DNA of 61,083 nt, counting the filler, from Circinaria calcarea (Eukaryota), in assembly GCA_051942165.1 (NCBI GenBank). It is 11 parts of 11 records of this genome, joined end to end, with 100 filler letters (N's around TTAATTAATTAA, not from the genome) between each part and the next. Parts side by side here need not be neighbours in the genome. Positions count along the whole stretch, not along the records: positions 33,429 to 38,895 come from JAVECS010001895.1; positions 38,996 to 44,456 come from JAVECS010001896.1; positions 44,557 to 50,001 come from JAVECS010001897.1; positions 50,102 to 55,545 come from JAVECS010001898.1; 7 more parts are not named here. One strand, 5' to 3'. A program made the position numbers and the translations under genes. This document shows, piece by piece, positions 38,320-50,454 of the stretch. The notes under the pieces are model-generated. The model ran no database searches. It saw only the letters and a list, made by a program, of their open reading frames with translations, and was not told the DNA's origin. Position 1 is the stretch's first letter. The number at the start of each line of letters is the position of its first letter.

Positions 38320-38895
38320 ATGGCCCGGATGTCGACTTCTCCCTTACATGAATTGCAAGCTTCCCCAGCTGAACGCGCCTCTCGACAAGAGAAAGCGTAT
38401 ACAAAAAGACCGAGGAGCGGAAATGTGGAGTCACTCGGAGCCCAGGAGCGTCCCAAAGTCGAACCCAGACCTGCATATCAACAGCAGCCCACTCAGCCAG
38501 ATGCCGTGGAGAATTCACCGCTTATGGTAGGGATTGAGGTGATGGGACCAAAGGAGATGGGGCCAAAAGGAGACTGGCGACGTTTGAAGCGATTTTGGAT
38601 CATTCTTGCTCTCATCTGCATTGTGATTGTCGGCGTAGCTGTCGGAGTCGGTGTGGGAGTCGGGGTAAACAAAAGTGAATCAAAACATGAAGGAAGCCAA
38701 ACATCCAGCTCCTCTGCATCCCCAACGTCAAGTCCGACCTCCTCGCCATCCCCTACCTCCTCGCCATCTCCTACCTCCTCGCCATCCCCTACCGCCTCCC
38801 TTACCATCCTGTCGGCTGTCTATGGTCCCGATGACGTTACTACGGAAGCAATGTCGACACTTCCTCAAGGTGATAACATGGTGATTGATACCAAT
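38320..38895 (+). CDS. Single-pass type II membrane protein with Ser/Pro/Thr stalk, 3' truncated
   Basis: RRLKR followed by hydrophobic FWIILALICIVIVGVAVGVGVGVG, SPTSSP repeats (18-bp units near 38730-38790), then LTILSAVYGPDDVT. Confidence 0.7.
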
Positions 38896-38995
38896 NNNNN
38901 NNNNNNNNNNNNNNNNNNNNNNNNNNNNNNNNNNNNNNNTTAATTAATTAANNNNNNNNNNNNNNNNNNNNNNNNNNNNNNNNNNNNNNNNNNNN

Positions 38996-39218
38996 CTTTA
39001 TAATTATTTTAAATATTTTATTAAAATCTCGGTAAAATTTTATTTAAATCGAACCAAATCGTATTTAGATTTATAATTATTTAATTTCGTTTTTTATTTT
39101 AAAATATATACGTTATTGCTGCTGTTATAATAATTATTATAATAGAAATAATAGAAGTTGGGGTACGCGATCCGAAAACAAAAGTTCTAAAAAAAATTTT
39201 AAAAATTTATTGTTGCCG
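38996..39218. mobile_element. Extremely AT-rich (RIP-degraded) transposon end, TA-flanked
   Basis: Abrupt AT-rich block ending ..TTGTTGCCG|TA that replaces the 5' end of the oxygenase gene. Confidence 0.55.
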
Positions 39219-39220
39219 TA

Positions 39221-40134
39221 AGGTCCATTCATGCCACCGTAGCCAGGCGATCGGGAACGGGTGATCGCCGAGGTCCGCGATGCTGCCCGTCAGTATGGCT
39301 TCTTCCAGGTCCGCGGCCACGGGCGTGTTTTTGAGCCTGCAGCGAGATCTACCCCGGTGCATGGACAATCTGTTCGACTTGCCCACTGAGGAGAAGCTTG
39401 AGATGTCTTTTCTGAAGAACCCTTGCCGCCGAGGATACGAAGCGGCGGGCATGTCGCATCGCGTGGGGGATTCTCTGCCCGATGCAAAGGAGTGCTTTTT
39501 TATCGGCCAGGAGGATGCCGCTGTCGAGCTCTCGGGCTTCTACGGTCCCAACATCTGGCCCAACCTCTCCGAAGACGACTTTCGGGGTCCGGTATGGGCT
39601 TACTACCAGCACACCAGAGACCTCGGGAGGAGCCTCTGGTCCATCTTGCTCGAGGGTCTCGGGCAGCCGGTGGACAAGTTCGCCAAGCGGCCGGTGGTGC
39701 CGATGAAGATGATCCGTTACCCGCCCCACAGCACCGTCCAGCCAGGCCAGCTTGGCATCGGCGCCCACACCGATTTTGGTGGTATCACCATTCTGTACCA
39801 GCAGCCCGGTAAGGATGGCCTGGAGGTGTGGCATGAAACGCGGGAGGAGTGGATCGAGGTGCCCGCCCTCGAGGACCTCTACATTATCAACTGCGGAGAC
39901 ATGGTCGAGAGGTGGTCGGGCGGCGCCTACAAGAGCGCCAAGCACAGAGTCATCAACAATGTCGACGGCGAGAGGCTGTCATGTGCTACCTTTTGGCACG
40001 GCGACGTGTATGCCACAAATCCGCTCAAGCCTGATGACCCAAATAAGGAGACTGTCGGTCAGCTCCTGGTGAAGCGCTTCCGTACCCAGTATTCTATAAA
40101 CAAGGAGACTATTGCTCAGGTCGGTATGGTCTGA
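39221..40134 (+). pseudogene. 2-oxoglutarate/Fe(II) dioxygenase (IPNS/DIOX family), 5'-truncated and frameshifted
   Basis: The DIOX_N motif VIAEVRDAARQYGFFQVRGHG is one frame off the main ORF (extra G at about 39321). Downstream are IRYPP, GIGAHTDFG (HxD), AKHRVIN and RLSCATF (RxS). Confidence 0.85.
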
Positions 40135-40602
40135 CCATAAAATCAGCCAAGGACTTAGTATATAGTATAGGCAAATACTACTGAGTATTAAGGGCATATT
40201 ATGCTATGTTTTTAGAAACACGATTTTTTTATTGCCCGGGTGTAAGTTTTTCGTAATTTTATATTTGAAAGTCGGTCAATTCAGTTGTCTGGTTTACCAT
40301 AATCGCTTTAAGCTTCAGTAATATAAACTAAGACCCTGAGAGTCTGGGAAGCATAATATTCGGAATGCATTTTTATTTCAGACGCTCCACTACGTCGACG
40401 TTGTATTCTTTTCCATAATCAGCTAAGGTATGAATTATGGAAATTTTTATATTACCCCAACCCATTTGGCATAACCATAATTTGTTATCTTCGTTATATC
40501 TAAGAAAAGCTCCATTGCAATATGACAAAAATACTTCTGTTTTCATACGCAGGGTTCAGGGAGCAAGATTGGAGTGTTTCCCCCCGCTCTCTAGCGGGAT
40601 CC

Positions 40603-42068
40603 TTAGACTTTTAAACTAGCCTCGATAGTACTCTGAGTTGGATTATCGGGCAATCTCCAGATCCTGTCAATCTTGAGGCCGACCTCTTCAAGAAGTTTGT
40701 GCCATTGTTGCTCACTACGCTCGACTCCTCCCTCCATGAACATGTTGATATCTATGAAGAATGGGAACGGGTCCGACCCAGCAGTGGCAGTCGTGGGGAG
40801 AATCAGCTCGCCGATCAAGACGCGGGAGGTCGGTTTCATGGCGTCCATGATATAAGACAGGATTTTCTGGCTCCGCTCGTTGTAGTGATTGTGTAGCACG
40901 TTGCAGAGGTAGTAAATGTGTGCATCTGTGGAGATGCCGTCAGCAGGCGTACCCAAGCAGCAAAGGATCAGTCTTCTAGGACTGCTATCGAGACTCATTT
41001 TTTAACCGGCTGAGGGTCGTAAAAAATTGTGCGGCATATTGTCCACCCCTTGGACCCTCACAGGATCACTTCCTTCCAGAACTCGGGCCATATCCTGCAA
41101 CATCATGCTAGCGCCGTAGCTGCCGCTGCACTCCTCCATGATGGATACAAGCGCGTTGCCGCGTCCGCCGCCGACATCCACGACGAAGGCGCGCTACGGC
41201 TCTGCCTCGACGGCGGCCTTCATGGAGCGGAACGGAAACAAGCCCGTGATGGGCTGCGTGGCCTGGATCATGGTCTTACCCTTGTGCCAGGTGTCCGCCA
41301 TCGCTGGATCGTCCTTAAGGGCATCGTAGTAGGTCATGCCCTCCTTATCCAGCGCTCAGACGTAGGGCACCTTGGTGGCATCTTGTGCCTGCTCGGCCGA
41401 GTGCGTCTGAAGGTAGTCCGAGACTTTCCACCATTGGGGGAATTGCATGGTACTGAAAATCTCTCTTGTCAGTCAGGGGTATCTAGACACGAATTTCTGG
41501 GGAGGGGTTCACCCAAGGCGGTACAAGCTAGCAGCGTGATCCGTGCGGAAGATTGCCGATGCAGCTGTGTGCTCGTAAACGCCAGGAGCGATCTCCTTGA
41601 AGAAGCCTTGGGTGAGCACGATGCGAAGAAATCGAGCTGAGGAGATGACAGCTTGTAAGCAACTAGGTATTAAACCCATTATCTCGAGCATGGGAGGGGC
41701 TTGTCGCACTCAGAATAGCAGCATCGAGTTTGACCGCGGCGGCGACATCTTCGATAGCGATGCTGCCTCGGAGCGGCATCGCGTCAAAGACGCCATGGCT
41801 CATCAGTACGTTCAAGGCGGGAAGGATTTGGAACTACCCAGCATACATCAGATACACGTCCATCAATTAGTATAGAAGCATAAAACACGGGGCGTACCGG
41901 ATGGACATGGAATAGCAGAGCGTCTAGAGGCGTGTTAAGAAGACATCGGAGCTTATCAAATTGCTATACCAGCTTTGCCTAGTCGGTCGGTGAGCCGGAA
42001 TGGGCCTTGATGTCCACGACCAGCTGTTCTGCCTCGGCGATGACGGACGCATCAGGAACGAGAGCCAT
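40603..42068 (-). pseudogene. O-methyltransferase (Methyltransf_2) with premature stops
   Basis: FVVDVGGGRG, LQDM, HNFYDPQPVK, YYLCNVLHN and GGVERSEQQW. In-frame TAG codons at 41979-41981 and 41964-41966 in exon 1. Confidence 0.87.
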
Positions 42069-42685
42069 GCTGCTTGACGGCAATTCTTTATAGGATGGGT
42101 TTGAAGCAACACGCAAAGCACTGATAAACTAGGCTCTACAAGAATTCGAAGATAAACAAATTTATAAGCTGTATAGGTAGTGATCAGTAACACCGGGTGC
42201 AATGGTGACCGGTTACGCATCGCTCATTAGAGGCACTCGTAAACGCATTTTCTTTTTAGGGTATCTTTCCATCGTCAAGATAGGGTTTGCATGCATTTGA
42301 TGAGAAGATTCGGGGCATGAAACAGTCGATTCTAGGCTTGCAAACGGTCGGAAGGGCCAAGGATTCTGCAGATATGATTGCAAGAAATCGCCGGCCTTGC
42401 CGATTTGTCAGGCTCGGGTCAATCCCGGCAGGCTTAATGTCGCAATGCGGCTTCGGCGTATTATATATAAGGTACCCTACGCGCCGATCCATGCGTGAAA
42501 CCCTAGGTACATGTACCCACTTAATGAGGTTGAGAAGATTTGGCGGCTGCGGTTCTGGGAATCGGTGTCCGGCCGCCAGCTATCTTCGACCGAGAAAGAT
42601 CAGCCCATAATGTCTGCCAAACCAGCAGTCAAGCAAATATAGCGGTTCTCTTTCATGTTGTGATCGCCAAGATTTATCAGGCAAA

Positions 42686-44157
42686 ATGTCAACTTCGGAC
42701 TAGGCCGTGGGCGTACTCGTACTTGCTGGGTTGTACTTGGGTGGCCGTACATATGGTTTATGGGCCCTCGAGGTAGGTACCCGCCGCGCTCTATGCAAAC
42801 AAGATGCTCATTGGGAGAGACAGACAGTGACTTCATGGTACTTGGTAACCTTCCACCCAGGTGTCCTGCGCCACGGCAAGCCAGTCTCGGGCCCCAAGTG
42901 GCAGTTCCCCAACGGCTCAGGTTCATCGATGGAAGGGGCAGCTCGGAACAGTGGCGACAGTATAGCCCTGTGTACCGAGTATGGTCTGGGTCACACCCCG
43001 AAATGTACGTTGCCAGGCTTCGTAGCCTTGTTTCTCCATCCGCTGCCCTAAATACATGGACAGTGTCATCACGACCCCGGGGGACTTCAAACACTTCAGC
43101 TCCGACGCTGGCGATCATAGCCAGCCTCATAACATGAACCTAGGCTGGTATCTCGGACAAGTCCTTGGCTAGTGCTTGGGCTTCCTTGGCGGAGATGACT
43201 GGATTCGCATGCGAAAGGTCTTCGACCCGACCTTCACGCACAGCGCTGCAGTTGCCCGAATCGATATAGTCGACAGCGCTGCGAGGGACTATGTCGAGAG
43301 ATTGCACGGCTGGCCACGAGTAATAGCGGCTCGGATGCGACCCAGTCGTTCACACTGTCGGCTGTGGACGCTTTCACCAAGTTCCCCTACTTTCTCACGG
43401 CCAGGGCAATATATAGGCCCATGACCGAGACCGAGGAGGACGATCTATGGCGCATAACGGAGAAAAGGATTGCGCTGAGTCCATACTTTCTTGGCGGAGG
43501 CCCTTACCGGTTTGCAACTGCGGCCCGGTTGTTTGATCGCAACGCCATCCGCCGCCTCCGAGAATACGAAAGTGAGTGGCGCGATTATTATACTCGCATG
43601 GTCCGAGTTAGAGGCGCGCGGGGAGAGAGGGCGCCGATTATGACGTACTGGGAGGAACACGAAAAGGGAAATATGAGCCTGCCGGAGGTGAGTCTCGCAT
43701 ATCACAGGGGCGATAGTAGGAATGTAGTTAAAAGGGTTCTCACGGTGTTAGGCTGGGTCGCGAGTACTTTGGGTGTGAAAAGTGGGGCGGGGGTGTTCAG
43801 GCATTTCATCCAACCAGTTTGGGTTAGTCGGTTTAGAATACCTGTATATGCCCGCTTAAGCGTGGCTAGATTCTTGTACCAATAAACCAACCAACCAACC
43901 AACAGGGGCGATAGATTATTCATTAAGGGTTTCTAACTCCTTCAAACATTGGATGAACTGCTTATGCTCAACCTTGACGTCATCACCCATGTGCTCACCT
44001 AGTTTATCACCCTCATCGCCGACCACGACCATCTTAAACGAGAGTTGTGCGATGAAGTGGCCACAGATCAGGCCGACCTACTCTAATATACCACCAAAAC
44101 TAACACCCATCTGCACCGGTGCTTCGCGGAGTCCATGCGTGTTCGTCCCTTTACTGG
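42686..44157 (+). pseudogene. Cytochrome P450 (GliC/XanG-like subfamily), multiple lesions, 3' end lost
   Basis: WQFPNG, VYRVWSG..PE, GWYLGQVLG*CLG, TLDELLMLNLDVITHVLT* and ExxR (ESMRVRPF). Stops at 42701, 43170, 44000 and 44084, plus frameshifts and an intron acceptor that reads TAA instead of TAG at about 43934-43936. Confidence 0.85.
43717..43901 (+). mobile_element. 5'-truncated non-LTR retroelement (LINE/SINE) insertion in the P450 intron
   Basis: 13-bp direct repeat ACAGGGGCGATAG at 43704-43716 and 43902-43914. The insert ends in AATAAA followed by (CCAA)n. Confidence 0.85.
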
Positions 44158-44213
44158 TGTGTTATTCTAGTTATATGCTTTATTGATGTCCATAATACTG
44201 ACCTGGTATTTAT

Positions 44214-44456
44214 TATTATGGCGCCACGCCATACCGTAGGAACCAGTCCCCATGCGGACTGGTGTAGGTTCGCTTAATCAGGAGCAGAGTGAGCGGAGTG
44301 AGCAGGGAAGTGCTCAGGGGTGCTCAGGGTGCTCAGGGCATTATATATAGCAGGTCCCGCTCTTTAGAATAGTATGCTTATAGAACCATAACGAGTTCAA
44401 TATACTCCTTTTATATTGAGCCTAGGGCAACAGTTCAACTACACCCTATGTAACCG
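44214..44456 (+). mobile_element. Probable LTR-like sequence truncating the P450 at the contig end
   Basis: P450 similarity stops abruptly inside an intron. The new sequence has short tandem GTGCTCAGGG units, a TATATATAG box and CAATATA, the usual layout of fungal LTRs. Confidence 0.45.
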
Positions 44457-45952
44457 NNNNNNNNNNNNNNNNNNNNNNNNNNNNNNNNNNNNNNNNNNNN
44501 TTAATTAATTAANNNNNNNNNNNNNNNNNNNNNNNNNNNNNNNNNNNNNNNNNNNNGAGGGGGGTTGGAGCAGCATTAGATGTGTGGATAGATGAGAGCG
44601 ACTATGAGAGGGGGGGTGTATGTGGCCCAAGTACTTAGACATGTTGGCTGTTATCTGTATCGGAGCACGGACCTGTTTGGCGAGTCGAGGTTTATGCGGT
44701 ATCACGTATCTAAGTGAATCCAATCCGTCTATTGTCCTGTTGCGGTACTCACGGAGACGCCAAGGGACATTATTGACCGGTATCGTTGTGGCAGGGGGCA
44801 TGCCTCGTTTCGGGAGGCCGTTGCAGGAGGAAGATTCTCTTGTTAGATGGGAACGATACGTCTATTGCGCGAATTCAAGCAAAACGGCAGAGAAGGTCAA
44901 CTGGGGGTATGGGCACAATATGTAAAAACCTTTCTTCTTTGAAAAAAGAAAAGTTCCGGCCTCTTCTTCGATAGATGATAAAGGCCCTACTTGCCTCGAA
45001 ATACGACGACTGGCATCGTAAAAGATGGTGGCGAAAGAAGCACAACATCCCTCGACCCAATGTTTATTCTCAGTCTCCGCTTCCAGGAAACGACCCGACC
45101 TCCCATGACGGCTTTTTTTCTTTCTTTCTTCCAAAGCGCCCCGTCGGATCATCGGGGCTCCACATTTTGATCATGTTCGACATCCTCTTGTCTCCACACA
45201 ATCATATGCCCCGCACCCGTTCACGCCGTTTTAGTCACGGCCAAGCGAGCCAAGCGCGCCAAGAAAACCGAGTCGACGATCGGATGAGATCAGAGGGGCC
45301 AGGGATTGCCTGGGATTGCCGGGGATGGCAGGGAAAAAGCCGCCCTCGAGTGCCCGTACCTGACGTCGTTTTCCCCCAAGCACGGATCATTGGGATGGCC
45401 CAGATTGTGGGGCCAACGGCACGAGACACTGGCGCTAAAGTTTGAGGAAGGTCCTGACGCAGGGTCTCACATTTGCTCTGGACAAAGAGTACTGCACATC
45501 GCGGGTGGCTGAAGGAAGCTGTGAGCCAATTGAGAGCAGTCGAGGCTCCCACCGGCTTCACCGGCTCCACAAGGGATCGACGATGTTCAGCCCGAACTAG
45601 ACCGAAACCAGCTTGGATTGACAGGCCATGACGCTCGGGTGTGGACCCTGATGATGCAAGAGAGACAAGGGTGGGGAAGATGCGAAAATGGGAAAGATGG
45701 CTGGGGGACGAAAATAGATAAAAAGATACGAAAAAGACGCGTTTCCTGCCTCTTTTGCTTTCACCCCCCAGAGAACAAGAGTTATCTTGACAGTCCGACA
45801 ACCACAACGCCCCATCGGCCACGGCTTACTGAACATCGGTTTTGCTCATATAATTCGAAAACTACTTCATACCAGAAAGCATACCCAGTCATCCTTCCAT
45901 AGCCACCAAATCCATCACCACGAACAAATACCAGCTATTATCCTTTTCAGCA

Positions 45953-46301
45953 ATGGCATCTGCATCCCTCTACCCCGCATCCTCATCCTCCCCCTCATCC
46001 GCCCACTACAACTTAGAGGCCGCTTACGAAGATCCCGTGGCGACTTATGCTCGGTAAGCTTTTCCCGTTCCCCACAGACAAATCTCTTTCACTTCCGAAA
46101 AATGGATCTCAACAAAGCAGCTCGCTAATCAGAAATCCGGCAATTAGAACAATGCACCAGCACACAAAGCGCCAAATGGACGCTGCCACCCTGTCCGCAT
46201 CCCGCCGCCGCCGCACTGCCGAACAGGAGGGTGTCAGTGCCATGACGCAGCTGACGACGCAGTCGTCTATCGATAGCACCAACAGCACTTCAACGTCGTA
46301 G
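45953..46301 (+). CDS. Small (84-aa) Ser-rich fungal protein with YARxMHxHTKRQM motif
   Basis: Exons 45953-46053 and 46148-46301 joined by a canonical intron (GTAAGC..GCTAAT..TAG) give MASASLY..DPVATYARTMHQHTKRQMDAA..STSTS*. Confidence 0.72.
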
Positions 46302-46918
46302 AACGCAGTCTGTTCTCCTCTCCTATGAATTATTTTCCTACTGGGACATGTGAAAAAGCGAGGAATCCGAATCAATGGGGGTGTATTTTGGTGACTGGAT
46401 GAACTTCTGAGGTTTGGGAGTTGGATGGGTTTGGTATGGCAAAGCAAGGGAAGGCAAGGCCACGGTTATCATGGTATGGTGCATAGGGAAGCGATCAGTA
46501 GGGCTCTTGGCAAGGAGCATAACAGGATGAATACACTCCGGGGAAAAAGGGCCTATTCGGGACGGGTGTAGGACCGGACACTGGCTGCAGAGAGTGAGGA
46601 TTTGACATGGACTTTGTATTTCGAATTGATAAGGATGGGGCTCTTTTTCCGCCTAAATGTATACAACTTTATGACCCTAGTTCAGTAATAGAGTGATTGA
46701 AAAATATTATCCCCTGTCAATTTTTCATTTGCTCCTATTTGCACCGAGCGAAAATTCCCCTTGAACGATAAAACCAAGAGATGATACATACCAACCCATC
46801 AAGGTTAGATACTACACAGTGTGAAAGCTGCAGTCTGCGGATTGTTTGGGCGCACATCTCTACAACGATGAAGCAGCAGGGAAAAAAACAATATCACTCG
46901 TTCGCCTATTTCGGATGT

Positions 46919-48972
46919 CTAGCCTACTTCGGCCACGAGCCTCGCTCGAAAATGAAGCTCGAGCGGTCCAGTTCTGGCTACAAAGCATTCTTGGATCGTG
47001 TCTAAAAACGACAAGGAGCGCTTCTCGTGCGCAAAGCTGATTCTGTATCTCTGGACCAGCGTTGCCGTGACAAGACGCAGCTCGGCCAGGCCCAGATTTC
47101 TTCCAATACAATTGTAACGACCTGTGATACCGTTAGTTAGCCTTACTTCATCGTAAACTCCCATCCCTCAATCCTCCCCATCCAATGCACTATACCTGTA
47201 CCGAAAGGCCGAAAACCCCTTTTGTTTCGAACCATCTCCGGGATCTCACACCATCTCTCGGGAATAAATGAGTCTGCTTTTTCGAAGCAGTCCTCGCCTG
47301 TCCGATGTGTAAGCATGCGGAAGAGCGGTAGCAGCCGGTAGCAACCCACGCCTAAAAATGGTATATCTCGGTGCAATGATGTTGGTATCTCCAGGAACAA
47401 ATCTTCCGCATATAATTGCACCTTCGCTCGGTGTCTTCCGATAGCCTCCTGTGGGCAGTGCTGGATGCAATCGAAGGGCCTCGTTTACTACACCGTTTAA
47501 GTATGGAAGCTTTTGCAGTATTTTATCATCCGAGCAATCGATCGCCGCCACCTCAGCTTGCAGCTTTTCAGTTGTGGCAGGGTCGCTCGCAAGGCGGTAA
47601 AACAGACAGATCAATGTCGAGGTAATTGTATCACTGTTAGAATAAGCCTTTCCTGTCAATAAGAAAGACCTACAATCCAACTCGCCTTCCAGCTACAATT
47701 GCCAAAAGTGCGTCTCCGGTTAGCCAATTCCAGTCTGTCTCTGTGAAGCCATTCCTCCGCGCATCTCCAATGAGCCAGTACGATAAATCAGGCTCCGAGT
47801 TGTTGTTTTCTTCAATAAACTGCCTGCAGCTTAGCACAGACCGAGCTCTTGTTGAAATTGTTCCGGGCAGCTATCCGAAAATCGTACCTGGGCTCGACTC
47901 TCTATTTGTCGTCGACACCATGCAATCATAGCAAACCAATTTTTAATGAGTGGCAAAAATCCAGCCATGTTAAACCCCAATTGCACGAGCCAAGGGACCG
48001 GAGTCAGCGGACCCAACAGGTCAAAAGCTTCTCGCAGCGTTAAGATGACAGAGTGCCATTCCCGATTCTGCAGCATATTAAAAGAGGTCCCGAACACAAA
48101 GTCTCCCATAACATCGAAGCCAAACCAGCTAAACAGTGGCTCTACAGCTGTCGACCTGCCCGTGGCAACATCGGCAGCGATATGCTCTTTAAGCATTTCG
48201 ATATACTTAAGAGCCCTTTCCTTATACCGAACAACGGCTGCGATCGGCTTCAGCTTGAATACTGGGCACCCGGAAAACCATCTGACCTTTGGTTGAGAAG
48301 CCCTGGTCCCATGTACGGCGCCGATCATCATGCGTCTTTGAGTCACGGACTGTAACCAGTGAAATGTTGGGGTGCGTGATGTCGTACCAGTCAGCTTTAC
48401 CGCACACGCTTCCTAGCCCATCAATGGCCTGGTAGATATCTGGATGGGTGATTGTAAGCTCGCTTGGACCTTGAGAACATTAGCTTCAATTGAAAACGTG
48501 CCTGACTGCTGATACTTCAGAGCATCTTACCGGTCCGAACGAAGTCACCGTACTGTCGAGCCAACTCATCGAGCACTAGGAAGTTCCTCGAGTCTCTGCA
48601 GGCCCAAGCGTGCCAAATCTTTGTTGTCCGGGCTAAACGTGGGCCGGGGAACCCTGCTCGTGAAAGACGATGGAAGTACAATCGATACACAGCAATGCTC
48701 GTCAGAAGGGTTGTAAGGTAAACACCAAATACTAGCACAGCTTCTAGGAAGGAGGAGGTTATCTCGCATTCTTGGATGATGATCTGGAAAGCAGCGTATA
48801 AGATGAAAGCAAGCAAATGAACGGTAAATATCATGGGGCTGTGTAGATGCCATTCTTGGTGAATAAACAAGCCGTAGTGTAGACCGATGGCTGTAACACC
48901 ACCGAACGCGAGCCTGTTCCACAGTGGCGCACATTTCGAATAATTTTGATCATGACACATGGGTTGAGCCAT
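46919..48972 (-). CDS. Cytochrome P450 monooxygenase (secondary-metabolism type), multi-exon, apparently intact
   Basis: N-terminal TM segments, YRLYFHRL..FPGP, YGDFVRTGP, FDVMGDFVFG, AGSDT, EALRLHP, FIPERW and heme motif PFGTGRYNCIG. Confidence 0.92.
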
Positions 48973-49127
48973 GGTGTTTTTTTGTAAGAGGAGGTGTTCT
49001 TGGGCTGTGTACTGGAAACCCTTCGGCTGTCAGCAGGTTGAAAGCTGCAGCCGGAAAGTTCCTTGTCCATCCTGCATTTGAGTACTTCGGCGGTATGACG
49101 TTAACACGCAGTGTACACAACGAATAG

Positions 49128-49709
49128 TCTACAGGGCGGTGGTTATGTTTCGGTGGTTTATCTGGCCTTCTAACAAATCCTACGACCATTCATCCCAACA
49201 CCTACCAAATCCTCAGTCATCTTCCCCACGTCTTTGCCTTCAATTGGCTCAACCTCCTTATCTTCGACATCGCTAACCAGCGTCTTCCTGCCGCCATTGC
49301 CGAGGACTCGCTCAACAAACCTTGGCGGCCTCTACCCAAGAAGCTAATTACGCCCGCCGCAGCACAGATGCTACTCCTCCTAATCATACCCGTCGTGCTG
49401 CTAGCGGCCTACGGCCTCGGGGCCGGCCCTGAAAGCGCCCTCCTCGTCGCACTTACATGGATGTATAATGACCTCGGCGGCGGAGATGGAGACTATTGGG
49501 TGCGCAATGGGATCATAGCCTCTGCGTTTGCGGTGTATAACGCAGGCTCACTTAAGCTTGCGGTTGGTAATGGATCGACAATCTCCTGGAACGGGCTCGA
49601 ATGGATCGCTATGATCAGCGCTGTCATCTTAACGACGATGCACGTGCAGGATGTGAAGGATCAGGCGGGGGATCAACAAAGAGAACGCCGAACAGTTTGG
49701 GGGATTTAG
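49128..49709 (+). pseudogene. UbiA-family prenyltransferase/terpene cyclase (Fma-TC-like), truncated at both ends
   Basis: NWLNLLIFDIANQRLP..EDSLNKPWRPLP, WMYNDLGGGD and HVQDVKDQAGD..RRT. There is an in-frame TAG at 49125 with no normal N-terminus, and a stop four codons after RRT. Confidence 0.82.
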
Positions 49710-50269
49710 CAAAACTTTGTAAGAAGAATGTATGTTATGGAAGCCAATAGAATCCATTACTAAAATTTAACCCTTACTAGTACTACATAGCTCCGATGTG
49801 GACCTACAGCGGAGCTATGCTGCGCTATGTTGGCTTAAATAGGCAATTGATCATCTTATGAAGTCATATTTGCTGCCAAGATTTAACGTCAAGTCATCAA
49901 GTAGAAACTGCTAGAATTAATCGAATAAATATAAAAGTAGACTCTATATACACAGAGTAAAGACGTGAACACGCCTAAATTCAGTAATAAAATGTCTGGA
50001 ANNNNNNNNNNNNNNNNNNNNNNNNNNNNNNNNNNNNNNNNNNNNTTAATTAATTAANNNNNNNNNNNNNNNNNNNNNNNNNNNNNNNNNNNNNNNNNNN
50101 NCCCTCCCACAACACTATTCATATTTTCCACTTCCGCGTTTCGCTCCGTGTAGCCGTAACTCGTATTCCCGGAAGAAAGGTAAACGTTGGTAAAAAATAA
50201 AAGGGGGATGGGGTATTTTGCGGAAGGAAAAAGAAAGGCAACGGGTGAAGATCCCCAGGGGGTACTTAT

Positions 50270-50454
50270 TGTAACAGTATCCACCGGGAGAACCCCCTTA
50301 CGAACCCCTACGGGTGAACTATACTATACACCGAGGTCACCGAGGTATTGGTATTTCGCTTATGGTAGCGAAGAGTACCATGGTATTAAGGTTTTTCTCG
50401 CGAAAGCGTTATCCCGGAATTCTTTAAAATAATGATTTATATACGATACGAAAT
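50270..50454 (+). mobile_element. Degenerate tandem copy of the adjacent LTR-like repeat
   Basis: TGTAAC..ACCCCTTACGAACCCCTACGGGTGAA..CCGAGGTCAC..GTTTTTCTCGCGAAAGCGTTA parallels 50455-50580. Confidence 0.7.
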
